IMG/VR virus record: IMGVR_UViG_3300006919_000245
Span: 1-31,498 of that record
DNA length: 31,498 nucleotides
Direction: 5' to 3' (one strand)
Source: a virus
Lineage: Duplodnaviria; Caudoviricetes
Both the position numbers and the translations under genes were made by a program. This document shows positions 9,549 to 18,817 of this stretch, piece after piece (within the stretch, counting starts at the first letter, position 1; every line of letters begins with the position of its first letter). The notes below the pieces were generated by a model, which saw nothing but the letters and a program-made list of their open reading frames with translations, ran no database searches and was not told where the DNA came from.

Positions 9549-10471
9549 TGGCATATTTGTCTGAGTATCAATATTATGAAAATGGTGGAGCAGCTCCTAC
9601 CGATAAGAATTGGGGTTCTTACCAATACGTTTCGTTGGAAGATATAGTAAACAACTATATGCTGATGCACACAGGCAACCATAGCCTTGTGAACAATGAG
9701 GAGCGTTACAAGATTTTATTTCACGCTAAGCGTGCTGTTCAGGAGCTTAACTACGATGCTTTTAAAGAGCTGAAAGTTCTTGAGCTTGATGTTGAATCAA
9801 ACCTTAGATACATACTTCCATCTGACTACGTTAATTGGGTTCGTATATCTATGTACAAGGATGGGTTGTTGATGCCGCTTGTGGAAAACATTCAAGTTCA
9901 GTCAGCAGATGCTTACCTTCAAGACAATGATGGTGAGATATTATTTGATTCAGACGGAAACATTTTAAAACCAAGTAATTCAAAGATTGATGAAGAACGT
10001 CTCGCGGGTACTAAGAAAAGTATTTATCTTAATGAAGGCAGTCCTTACCATGGTCGTGAGGGTTGGTGCGTGGATGGCTGTTGGTATTTTGACTACACCA
10101 TTGGACGCAGGTTTGGCCTTAATACAGAAACTGCAAACCGAAATCCAAATTTTACAATCGACAAGAAAGCAGGGGTAATAAATTTTAGCTCTGACATTGA
10201 GGGCAACACTGTGATAGTCGAGTATGTATCTGATGGCATGGAGGGCGGAGATGATTCTTCGATTAGCGTCAACAAGTTTTTTGAGAAGTATGTCTATGCA
10301 TACATCGAGTATGAGATTTTAAACTCAAAGCTTGGTGTTCAAGAGTATGTGGTAAGAAGGGCTCAGAAAAACAAGTCAGCTCTTTTTAGAAATGCAAAGC
10401 TTAGATTGAGTAATATTCATCCCGGCAAGCTTCTTCAGAATTTGAGAGGCAGGGACAAATGGCTTAAGTAA
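9548..10471 (+). CDS. second ring/adaptor-type structural protein
   Basis: 307 aa, TAATG-coupled on both sides. Motifs FHAKRAVQELNYD, LPSDYVNWVRIS and EYVSDG. Lies before the nozzle gene. Confidence 0.55.
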   Translation: MAYLSEYQYYENGGAAPTDKNWGSYQYVSLEDIVNNYMLMHTGNHSLVNNEERYKILFHAKRAVQELNYDAFKELKVLELDVESNLRYILPSDYVNWVRISMYKDGLLMPLVENIQVQSADAYLQDNDGEILFDSDGNILKPSNSKIDEERLAGTKKSIYLNEGSPYHGREGWCVDGCWYFDYTIGRRFGLNTETANRNPNFTIDKKAGVINFSSDIEGNTVIVEYVSDGMEGGDDSSISVNKFFEKYVYAYIEYEILNSKLGVQEYVVRRAQKNKSALFRNAKLRLSNIHPGKLLQNLRGRDKWLK

Positions 10472-13400
10472 TGGCTAACCTTTCGAGGAACTTTATTAAA
10501 GGGCGGATGAATAAGTCCGTCGATGAGCGTCTTGTACCTAATGGTGAATACATAGATGCCTTGAATGTTAGGTTGGGGTCTACTGAAGATTCTGAGATTG
10601 GTGTCATTGAAAATGCAAAAGGAAACACAAGGCTTACAGATATAGTCAACATAGTTGATGGTTCTTACTCAAGGCTTGAGGGGCCTTCGACAAAGTGTAT
10701 TGGTGCTTATGCTGACTCAGCCAATCAAACTATCTATTGGTTCATTCATGCCGAAGATGTTTTGGGGCCGTCAAATGGTATCCTTGACCTTATTGTTTCT
10801 TTTAATGAACGCACTGATGCGGTAAGATACCATGTTGTCAGCTCAAGAAAAGATGGCACATCCCCTAAGTCTACTTTGAATTTTAACTCGTCGTATTTAA
10901 TTACAGCGGTAGACCTTATTGATGGGCTGTTGTTTTTTACAGACAATTACAATCCTCCTAGATTTATCAATGTAAATAGGAGCTATGGTCTCCCTGATTC
11001 ATCTACATACATAGATTCTCCGTTGTTGGATGAGCAGCTTTTGGTAATTAAAAAGCCACCTTTATCTCCACCCTCTTTGAATTTGCTTAGCAATGGGCAG
11101 GATGAAAACTTTTTAGAGGAGGAGATAGTATCTTTTGCTTACAGGTATAAGTATGCTGATGGAGAGTATTCAGCTACATCTCCTTTTTCTGAGCCTGCTT
11201 TTATGTCTCGCGCCTTTGGTTTTACTCCCGATGAGTTCTTGAATGATGGCATGGTCAATGAATACAACGCTGTTGAGCTTACATACAATACGGGCAGTGA
11301 GCTTGTTGTTGGCATTGACATTCTTTTTAAGAGAACTGATGACAGCGTTATTAAGGTCATACAAAAAATTGACAAGGGTACTCAAAACCTTTCCAATAAT
11401 TCAGACGAGGTTTATCGTTTTGATAAGAGTAAGGTTTATACCATACTGCCCTCCTCTGAAATACTAAGGCTTTACGATAATGTGCCCGTAGTTGCTAAGG
11501 CACAAACCTTAATGGGTAATCGTTTGATGTATGGCAACTACAAAGAGGGGTACGACATATCTTCAAACATTGATTATAGAGCTGAGCTTGTTACAGATTC
11601 TATAGGTAGTAAAATTATTGATGCTACCTTTAGTCAGGGTCAATATACTCTTGACCCTTCTGTTACAAGGCAAATCCCTTCTTCTATAGCTTCTTTTGAT
11701 TTAGGCTCTTCTAATATTGCAAATCCCGAACAAGAGTTTGTAGCAGGAGCGATATTAGATTTTAGCCTTAGCATAGAACACAGCAGGTATGATATATATC
11801 CTTCGCCTTCAAGCCATGACATTATTAACGTCACGCCTAGATTTGAAGTAACCTTTTCATTTACTCTTGACAGGGACTATAATAGTGCTTCTGAAATTTT
11901 TAGCAGTCAAAGTTTTTTAGATTTTATTGGTACTGCATCAAATATTAAGACTGTTGTTTCTGAGTTTTGTGATGGTCAGACAGTAACTGACTTTTTTAAT
12001 TGCAGCACAGAAGATACGTTGATAGGAGAGTCAACAGGTGGTACACATAATTATCTTAAGAACCATAGTGGTATTGACAATCCAAACGAACCGATAGCAA
12101 TAACATCTTCTTCGGGCTCTGATACTTTGTCTTTACAGATTTTAGCTACATACTATCGCCATAGTGGTACTGAATATCTTTATGAGTATTACAAGATAAA
12201 CTCTGCTAGTTGCGTTTTTACTTCCGTAAAAAGGAAGAAAAGTCTTCACAGCAATAGAGACTACTCTGTTGGGATGATTTACATGGATGACTATGGCAGG
12301 CAGAGTACCGTTCTTACAAGTGATGAAAACACTATTCATGTTCCTTGTGGCAACTCTCCTTTTTCAAATAAAGTAAAGGTTACAATACCAAGCACCCAAG
12401 CTCCTCCTTCTTGGGCTACGCACTACAAGTTTGCTATCAAAGCTGATGTAGATACCTACGAGACTATTTACTCAAACATATATTTTACAAAAGACAACTT
12501 TGGTTACTTACTACTTGAAGGAGAGAATGCGGCTAAAATACAGGAGGGAGATATTCTTGTTTTAAAAGCTGATTCGAGCGGCCCTGTTGTTGACTGTACT
12601 GAAGTAACAATAATTGAAAAAGAAGCTTATACCGCAGACGACATTGCATCAGGTTCGCCTGCGGGAGTTTATGCTAAGATTGGATTAGATGTCATTACCC
12701 TCGTAGATAATTCTGACAGTATTATTAGAAACTTTGGAACCAACCCTCAGCGCAAAAAAAACTCAAGAGATGAGGATGGTGCTTACAATGCCGTGTCTAT
12801 TTTTAGTGGAGGGAGTGCCATTGAAATAGCTGCCGGAGATAAGATAACTATCAAGATTGATGTTATTAGGCATGGCAGCACAGGTTTTGTAGAAGGAAGC
12901 CTCACTAGATTTGACTGCCCTAGAAAAGAATATCGTTTTGATAGGACGTTTGTTTCTCCTAGTCAGTACACAACTTTTTACGATTGGTTTCAGGGGGAGA
13001 ACATCCAAACCATTATTGAAGAAGATGGCATTACTGTTGGTGATTTTGATGTTCGGTTTAGAGCAGCTTCTGATATAGGCCCATCGACGAATACAGCCAT
13101 CACAGGATTCAACCTTGACTTTGGCTTTGATGCTGATTCAGCAGCAGCTACTGAGTTTAGGTGTAGGACTATGACCAATTGCTCAGACAATACTGTTGCT
13201 GTTAAGTTGAAGATAGAGGTATTAAAAGTTTCTAATGTCGTTGTTCTTGAAACAAAACCAATTCCTACTAACCCTGATATTTTTTATGAAGGCGATGAGA
13301 CGTTTACAATTACCGAGGGAAGTCACGATACTGATACTCCTACACTTTCCTTCTTTAACTGCTTCTCTTTTGGAAATGGTGTAGAGTCTTACAAAATAAA

Positions 13401-15300
13401 AGACTCAGTAACAGGTATGCCATTTGCTTTGGGCAACAGGGCTACCTCAGTTTCTTCTGAAGATTATAGAGAAGCACACAGGTTTGCTGACATTACATAC
13501 AGCGGAATTTATAATGATGAGTCGAATGTCAACAAGCTTAATGAGTTTAACCTTGGCTTGCTAAACTTTAAGCGTCTCGAAGAGAGGTATGGTGTAATTA
13601 CTTTGCTTGACGGAAGAGAGACGGATGTGTTTACTCTTCAGGAGGATAAGATATCTTATGTGCTTGCGGGAAAGAATCTTCTTTCAGATGCCGCAGCAGG
13701 TAGCGCGATTACATCAGTCCCCGAGGTGTTGGGAACTCAGATTGCTCGTATTGAGGATTATGGCAATAGCCTAAACCCCGAGAGCTATGTTCAGTGGGGC
13801 ACAAGTAAATATTTTACTGATGCCAAGAGGGGTGCTGTAATACAACTCAAGGGGCAAGGCAGGAGTGAAGCTTTGTCTGTCATATCTGAATTTGGTATGC
13901 GCTCTTGGTTTAGAGACTTGTTCATTGAGGGATTCAATACTCAGAAACTTGGTGCGTTTGACCCGTACATGAATGAGTATGTATTGGCATCAAACAACAA
14001 CGAGGTTCCTGTTGAAGAGCAATGTATAGATTGCGGGACAAGTGTTTCAAATATTATTGTTAGCTCATCTAACAACTACAGTTTTTGCACTGACCTCGAC
14101 AATGCTCTTGGTGATTCAGTTATTAGTTGGAGTCTTTCAGGAACTCCGCTTGGAAGTGTTACTGTGAGTGCTGTAAGTGGCACTGATAGTGTCACGGCAA
14201 ACATTGTAGGTGGAGGCCCTTCTAGCGGGTCTATGACTTTGGTAAAGTCAGACTCTAGCACAAAAAAGGTTACGATAACCATTACTCATGTTTCGGGAGA
14301 ACCTGTAGTTTTTCAGGATTTCACAGTAAACTGTGTTGATGGGGACACCATTACGGTCGTAACTATTGTCTTGACAGACAATGTTGATGCAAACAAAACT
14401 ATACAGACTCAGTATAGCTATGGCACTCAGTCCAAAGTAACTAATCTAATTACATTTGAACCCGGGGCTCATCCCAATAGCTCTCTGTACTCATCATTCA
14501 CAGGCTATCAAGGTTTGTCTAGAGTTCCTGTTAACGGTTCTACCGTTAATTTTTATGCCAACAAACTGAGTTCAGACACATACGATGTAAATGTTTTCAA
14601 TAACAAGTTCAGGTATTTGGTGTCTAATACCTTGTATGCTAATACGAGAGCAGGGCTTCAGCTTATTTTGGATAACGCTACTGAGGTAAGCATATCGGGT
14701 TCTGACGATAGGTACAATGGCTCGTTTACTATGCCAAGTGCAAATCCTGACGACTACCTTTATCTTGTTTGGGACTTTAGAAATCCTACGGCTATTGATG
14801 TCTGCTTTGATGCTGTTGGCTCTGCTCAGGATGCGTGTTGCAACTGCGTGTGCTACTCAACTGAATGCACTACATATACTGTAGATTTTGGTTTAGGCAA
14901 TAATGGCCTTATTACCTATCAAGATTGTACAAATGGGTTTATCACTAGAAATATTGTAGCAAGCGAAGATGTTTGTGTTGCCGCAGGAGCCCCGCCACCT
15001 CAAGTTGTTAGCGGTAGGGTGGATAGTATTTCAATAAAACAAGACTCTTGTAATTGCGGGGGAACTTTGAGGACTCCATCTGCAACGCCAAAGGTTGTGA
15101 AGTGGATTGATGGAAATGATTTTTCAAGAGCGACAGTTCTTTCAGATGGAAATGATTCTGATAAGCTTAAGGATACTGCTATAAATCACCCTACTCAGGG
15201 GTGGTATTCAGATGGCAATGTGGCTAGGTTTATAGACCCAAGCAATCCTGTTCCTCTTGACCTCAGCCCTAATGCTACTTGCCTTGAATGTGAACCATAA
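10471..15300 (+). CDS. tail nozzle/stabilization protein (P22 gp10/T7 gp12/crAss muzzle-like), N-terminal part, with Cys-rich C-terminal extension
   Basis: N-terminal FIKGRMNKSVDERLVPNGEYIDALNVR, LLFFTDNYNPPRFIN, FAYRYKYADGEYS, GNRLMYGNY, YFTDAKRGAV and LGAFDPY are beta-propeller-type motifs of this family. Podoviral synteny supports the call. Confidence 0.7.
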   Translation: MANLSRNFIKGRMNKSVDERLVPNGEYIDALNVRLGSTEDSEIGVIENAKGNTRLTDIVNIVDGSYSRLEGPSTKCIGAYADSANQTIYWFIHAEDVLGPSNGILDLIVSFNERTDAVRYHVVSSRKDGTSPKSTLNFNSSYLITAVDLIDGLLFFTDNYNPPRFINVNRSYGLPDSSTYIDSPLLDEQLLVIKKPPLSPPSLNLLSNGQDENFLEEEIVSFAYRYKYADGEYSATSPFSEPAFMSRAFGFTPDEFLNDGMVNEYNAVELTYNTGSELVVGIDILFKRTDDSVIKVIQKIDKGTQNLSNNSDEVYRFDKSKVYTILPSSEILRLYDNVPVVAKAQTLMGNRLMYGNYKEGYDISSNIDYRAELVTDSIGSKIIDATFSQGQYTLDPSVTRQIPSSIASFDLGSSNIANPEQEFVAGAILDFSLSIEHSRYDIYPSPSSHDIINVTPRFEVTFSFTLDRDYNSASEIFSSQSFLDFIGTASNIKTVVSEFCDGQTVTDFFNCSTEDTLIGESTGGTHNYLKNHSGIDNPNEPIAITSSSGSDTLSLQILATYYRHSGTEYLYEYYKINSASCVFTSVKRKKSLHSNRDYSVGMIYMDDYGRQSTVLTSDENTIHVPCGNSPFSNKVKVTIPSTQAPPSWATHYKFAIKADVDTYETIYSNIYFTKDNFGYLLLEGENAAKIQEGDILVLKADSSGPVVDCTEVTIIEKEAYTADDIASGSPAGVYAKIGLDVITLVDNSDSIIRNFGTNPQRKKNSRDEDGAYNAVSIFSGGSAIEIAAGDKITIKIDVIRHGSTGFVEGSLTRFDCPRKEYRFDRTFVSPSQYTTFYDWFQGENIQTIIEEDGITVGDFDVRFRAASDIGPSTNTAITGFNLDFGFDADSAAATEFRCRTMTNCSDNTVAVKLKIEVLKVSNVVVLETKPIPTNPDIFYEGDETFTITEGSHDTDTPTLSFFNCFSFGNGVESYKIKDSVTGMPFALGNRATSVSSEDYREAHRFADITYSGIYNDESNVNKLNEFNLGLLNFKRLEERYGVITLLDGRETDVFTLQEDKISYVLAGKNLLSDAAAGSAITSVPEVLGTQIARIEDYGNSLNPESYVQWGTSKYFTDAKRGAVIQLKGQGRSEALSVISEFGMRSWFRDLFIEGFNTQKLGAFDPYMNEYVLASNNNEVPVEEQCIDCGTSVSNIIVSSSNNYSFCTDLDNALGDSVISWSLSGTPLGSVTVSAVSGTDSVTANIVGGGPSSGSMTLVKSDSSTKKVTITITHVSGEPVVFQDFTVNCVDGDTITVVTIVLTDNVDANKTIQTQYSYGTQSKVTNLITFEPGAHPNSSLYSSFTGYQGLSRVPVNGSTVNFYANKLSSDTYDVNVFNNKFRYLVSNTLYANTRAGLQLILDNATEVSISGSDDRYNGSFTMPSANPDDYLYLVWDFRNPTAIDVCFDAVGSAQDACCNCVCYSTECTTYTVDFGLGNNGLITYQDCTNGFITRNIVASEDVCVAAGAPPPQVVSGRVDSISIKQDSCNCGGTLRTPSATPKVVKWIDGNDFSRATVLSDGNDSDKLKDTAINHPTQGWYSDGNVARFIDPSNPVPLDLSPNATCLECEP

Positions 15301-15302
15301 TT

Positions 15303-16079
15303 ATGTCTAACGTATACACACTTACATTTAGCGAAGGGGTACAAGGATGGCCTTCTTTTTACTCCTATGTTCCTGAGTTTATGTTGGGCATGAATCAGTA
15401 CCTCTATAGTTTTAATGGAGGGAATCTGTATCGGCACAATACCAATTCTGTCAGAAACAATTTTTACGGCACTCAGTACAACTCTACAATCAAGAGTGTC
15501 ATTAACGAGCAGCCATTAGAAAACAAGCTATTTAAGACATTGAGTCTTGATGGCGATGCTCCTTGGTCTGCTGTTCTCGATACTGACCTGCAAGAAACAG
15601 GGTTTATTCTGAGTGAAAGATTTATAAAAAAAGAGGCTTCGTACTTTGCTTTTGTAAGAAACTCAAAGAACCAAGCGTCTCCTTATGCAAATCCTGCGGG
15701 GGCTTCTCAGTATCCTCTACGTTCTGTTCAGGGCATAGGCACAAGCTCTAGCACAGGAACAGGGGTAATCAATTACCCCTTGACGTTTACCATACCGAAG
15801 TCTCTAAATGTAGGGGACTCTGTATACCACAACACTTCATCACCCACTTTTGTAGGGACAGTTACTGCAATAGATGTCGATATACCAAATGGCATAAATA
15901 AGATTAGTGTGTCGGGTACTGTTCCCGTTACAAACACATATTTCTTTTTTGTCAAGGATTCTATCGCTGAGTCAAATGGTGTCCTCGGTCACTACTGCGT
16001 CTTTGAACTCACAAATACAAGCACATCAGAGGTGGAGCTTTTTGTAGTTGAGTCAGAGGTTATGAAGTCATTTCCATAA
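15303..16079 (+). CDS. tail structural protein resembling the C-terminal portion of the nozzle/stabilization family
   Basis: TLTFSEGVQGWPSFYSYVPE, NLYRHN, RNNFYG, KLFKTLSL and FIKKEASYFAF are motifs I associate with the C-terminus of single-chain stabilization proteins. Confidence 0.55.
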   Translation: MSNVYTLTFSEGVQGWPSFYSYVPEFMLGMNQYLYSFNGGNLYRHNTNSVRNNFYGTQYNSTIKSVINEQPLENKLFKTLSLDGDAPWSAVLDTDLQETGFILSERFIKKEASYFAFVRNSKNQASPYANPAGASQYPLRSVQGIGTSSSTGTGVINYPLTFTIPKSLNVGDSVYHNTSSPTFVGTVTAIDVDIPNGINKISVSGTVPVTNTYFFFVKDSIAESNGVLGHYCVFELTNTSTSEVELFVVESEVMKSFP

Positions 16080-16084
16080 ATTTG
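16077..16084 (+). promoter_or_regulatory. Bacteroidota-type -7 promoter element TAAATTTG
   Basis: Exact TAnnTTTG built on the TAA stop of the upstream gene, 4 nt before ATG 16089. Confidence 0.55.
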
Positions 16085-16088
16085 TACT

Positions 16089-16871
16089 ATGGCATTAATA
16101 ACATCAATACTAGGAGCGGTTTCAACAGGTCTTGGAACTGTTTTGAGTTTCTCTCAAGCTGCTGAGCAAAGAAAGAAAGCAGCAGAAGCGGAAGCTAGTG
16201 CAGCTAAGTTTATTCAAGAAGCAAAGAAAAGGTTTGAGGTAAACTATGCTAAAGCACTGTCTATTCAGAAAGACGTTTATGAACAAGAGCGTAGAGCAAC
16301 TCGCGCAGCAGGAGCGCAGGTTAGTGAAGCTTTAAAAGAGTCAGAGAGAGGCGCAGCAGCGGGAGCGGGAAAGGTTCTTGCAATGGAGCAGCAGGCTCAG
16401 GCTGATACTAGCAAACGAATGGGTCAAGAGCTTACTGATATAGACAGAGCAATTATTGCTGAAGATATTAGAGCTGCGGATGCACTGACTCAAATTCAAT
16501 TGGATGAAGGGAAAGGAGCGGGGCTTGCTGCAAGAGAAGCTGACGAAAGAGCTGCTTTAGCTACGTTACAGGGAGCGCAGGGTATGGTTGATTTCGTTGG
16601 TGCTGTGGGTAAAGTACCTAAATTGTTTTCAGATGATGATTTAGCTACAGGTGAAATGATTCAGAAACAACAGATGAAAGGGGCTATCCCTTCGACACAA
16701 CAGCTTGAAATGAACCAAGCTCTTCGTAGTCAAGCTCCCCGAAGTGTTGTTGATTTTTTTAATCCAAACCCAATTCTTGAGAGGCTCAATTCTCCTCAAA
16801 TAAGTTATGATTTTCAAAATCCTTTTATGGTACTTCCTTCTAGGATTATGGACTATAATACTATTCGATAA
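16089..16871 (+). CDS. putative internal virion/ejection protein (T7 gp14-like position)
   Basis: Hydrophobic Gly/Ala N-terminus (MALITSILGAVSTGLGTVLSF), then an Ala/Gln/Glu-rich helical region. First of three size-increasing genes after the tail genes. Confidence 0.55.
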   Translation: MALITSILGAVSTGLGTVLSFSQAAEQRKKAAEAEASAAKFIQEAKKRFEVNYAKALSIQKDVYEQERRATRAAGAQVSEALKESERGAAAGAGKVLAMEQQAQADTSKRMGQELTDIDRAIIAEDIRAADALTQIQLDEGKGAGLAAREADERAALATLQGAQGMVDFVGAVGKVPKLFSDDDLATGEMIQKQQMKGAIPSTQQLEMNQALRSQAPRSVVDFFNPNPILERLNSPQISYDFQNPFMVLPSRIMDYNTIR

Positions 16872-18811
16872 TGGGAGCTTACTACGGCTATGCTGAGAGG
16901 AGTCTTGAAAATCAGGTCAATTGGGCTGAAGTTGGCAAGTCTATTTCTGACACTATTCAGGAAGAGGCGCGGATTCGTGAGGAGAAGAAGCAAGCAATTG
17001 ATGATGCCACCGATGGTATTATCAATAATCTTCAAAACTCACCGACAGGTCAACACAGGGGAACTACTGAAGCAACTTTAGATTTTTCTAATGCTGCTCA
17101 AGAAACCACCTTGGCCAACAAAAGACTTTTACAGTCGGGGCAGATGAGCCCTAAAGACTACATGAGATTTCTCAATAATCTCAATGAAGGTACAGAGCTT
17201 GCTTTTACTACGTCTGAAGCTTTTCAAAGCGAGTACCAAACAAAAATGGATAGACTTAAGAATGGGGATTCTCAACTTCTTGAGCTTTTCTTGATGTCTC
17301 AGGTTGAGGGGTTTGGTAACTTAGAAAACCACAGCCTGCTGCCTGACCCCATAACAGGTCGTGTAATGTCGTATGAAACGACACTCGACAAGAATGGTAT
17401 ACGTCAGATTGTTGAAGGCTCGGGCCGCTCAGTAAAGTCACTCCACAAACTCATTAGTCAGCAGTATGACAAGTTTGATTTAGATGGTGCTGTAAAAAGT
17501 GCAGTAGGTACTCTTGGTGAAATGACTGAACAAACTTTGCAAAAAGCAGAGCAAGCAGGAGATTTAGATGTTTTTCTTTCTGTGTCTAGTAAAAAAGCAG
17601 ATGCTCCTGAAGAAGATAAAGAGTTTGCTAGGAATTATGAAACATGGGAGTCTGATGCTGTTAAGACCATAAAGTCAAATGAGTACAACCTCCTTTCAAT
17701 CATAACACAAAACATCGTTAGCGACAAAAATGGTAAGGCTTATGACTTTACCTATGACCCCGAAAAAGCAGGGGGGAATATGATTCTTCTTAAGCAAGAC
17801 CCTAGTGGTGTGAGAGAAGTGATTCCTGACTTTAGTAAAAATGAGGGGTTGGAAGACCGAGTTGATAATTACATAAAAAATCAGATACGTTCTTCTATTG
17901 ATGTTAAGGTAGAGCGCAAGACAGGAGGTCGTAAGAGCTATGACCCTGATTACGCTGCGAGGCAGAGATATCTAAGAGAGGATGAAACGCAGAAAGACCA
18001 ACCTAATGTAGTCAGCAATGTTGCTAAGCTTTACTACGGAAATAAAGCGCAAGTAACAGAAGCTGAAAAGTTCTTGAGGTCTATCAATCCAAACATCCGT
18101 AGTATTTCTAGGAATAACACGGGTGTTGTCATTGAGTATATGCCTGACAAGAAAGGTACTGTAAGAAAAGAAGAGTTGAACTTTGGTACTTCTCCTATTC
18201 AAGAGTGGGTTCGCGGAAGCGCAAACTACTTCTTAACTGATAATGCTCAGATTAAAGACATAGAAAGTATTCTTGAAAATTCAGGAGCAAGTGATAGGGA
18301 AGATGCTAAGCCAAATAACGTACCCGGAACCATAATATCTGCAAGCAAAAGAGAGGAAAGAGAAAATCCTTTGGAGGCATACGAAAGAATACTTAATGAA
18401 TCTGTAGAAGGGTTTATAAGTGAATTGGGTGATGCGGGAGCTGATGCTGTGTTTACATCTAATACAGATGATGATGATGCTGCTGCTAACATTCAAGCTT
18501 TTATAAACAGATTGCCTTTGAACACAGGTATAAGCACTAAGGGTAAGGGCAATAAGGTTGCAATTCTGAAAGATGGTGAAGATGTTATTTTCACTTTGGA
18601 CTTAGATGCATCAAACCTCAACCCTGAACAAGAGTTGAGAAACATAGCTAAAGCAGTTTCTAATTCTTTTAAGGCAGCAGACAGAGGAGCAGCAGCCTTT
18701 ACAAGTATAGGCGTTAAAGGGTCAGCTAAAAAAACTGTTAAACAAATAATGGCGGAAAACCCCAACTTAACTACAGCAGAAGCGATTAAAATCTTTAACG
18801 AGCAAAAATAA
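16871..18811 (+). CDS. putative internal virion/ejection protein (T7 gp15-like position)
   Basis: 646 aa, charged and helical, TAATG-coupled. Positional inference. Confidence 0.5.
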   Translation: MGAYYGYAERSLENQVNWAEVGKSISDTIQEEARIREEKKQAIDDATDGIINNLQNSPTGQHRGTTEATLDFSNAAQETTLANKRLLQSGQMSPKDYMRFLNNLNEGTELAFTTSEAFQSEYQTKMDRLKNGDSQLLELFLMSQVEGFGNLENHSLLPDPITGRVMSYETTLDKNGIRQIVEGSGRSVKSLHKLISQQYDKFDLDGAVKSAVGTLGEMTEQTLQKAEQAGDLDVFLSVSSKKADAPEEDKEFARNYETWESDAVKTIKSNEYNLLSIITQNIVSDKNGKAYDFTYDPEKAGGNMILLKQDPSGVREVIPDFSKNEGLEDRVDNYIKNQIRSSIDVKVERKTGGRKSYDPDYAARQRYLREDETQKDQPNVVSNVAKLYYGNKAQVTEAEKFLRSINPNIRSISRNNTGVVIEYMPDKKGTVRKEELNFGTSPIQEWVRGSANYFLTDNAQIKDIESILENSGASDREDAKPNNVPGTIISASKREERENPLEAYERILNESVEGFISELGDAGADAVFTSNTDDDDAAANIQAFINRLPLNTGISTKGKGNKVAILKDGEDVIFTLDLDASNLNPEQELRNIAKAVSNSFKAADRGAAAFTSIGVKGSAKKTVKQIMAENPNLTTAEAIKIFNEQK

Positions 18812-18817
18812 ATAGAG

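Noticed and set aside
12754-12762. In-frame A_AAA_AAC slippery heptamer in the nozzle gene
   Set aside because: No evident downstream structure, and the -1 frame stops within a few codons. A-runs of this length are expected in this composition.
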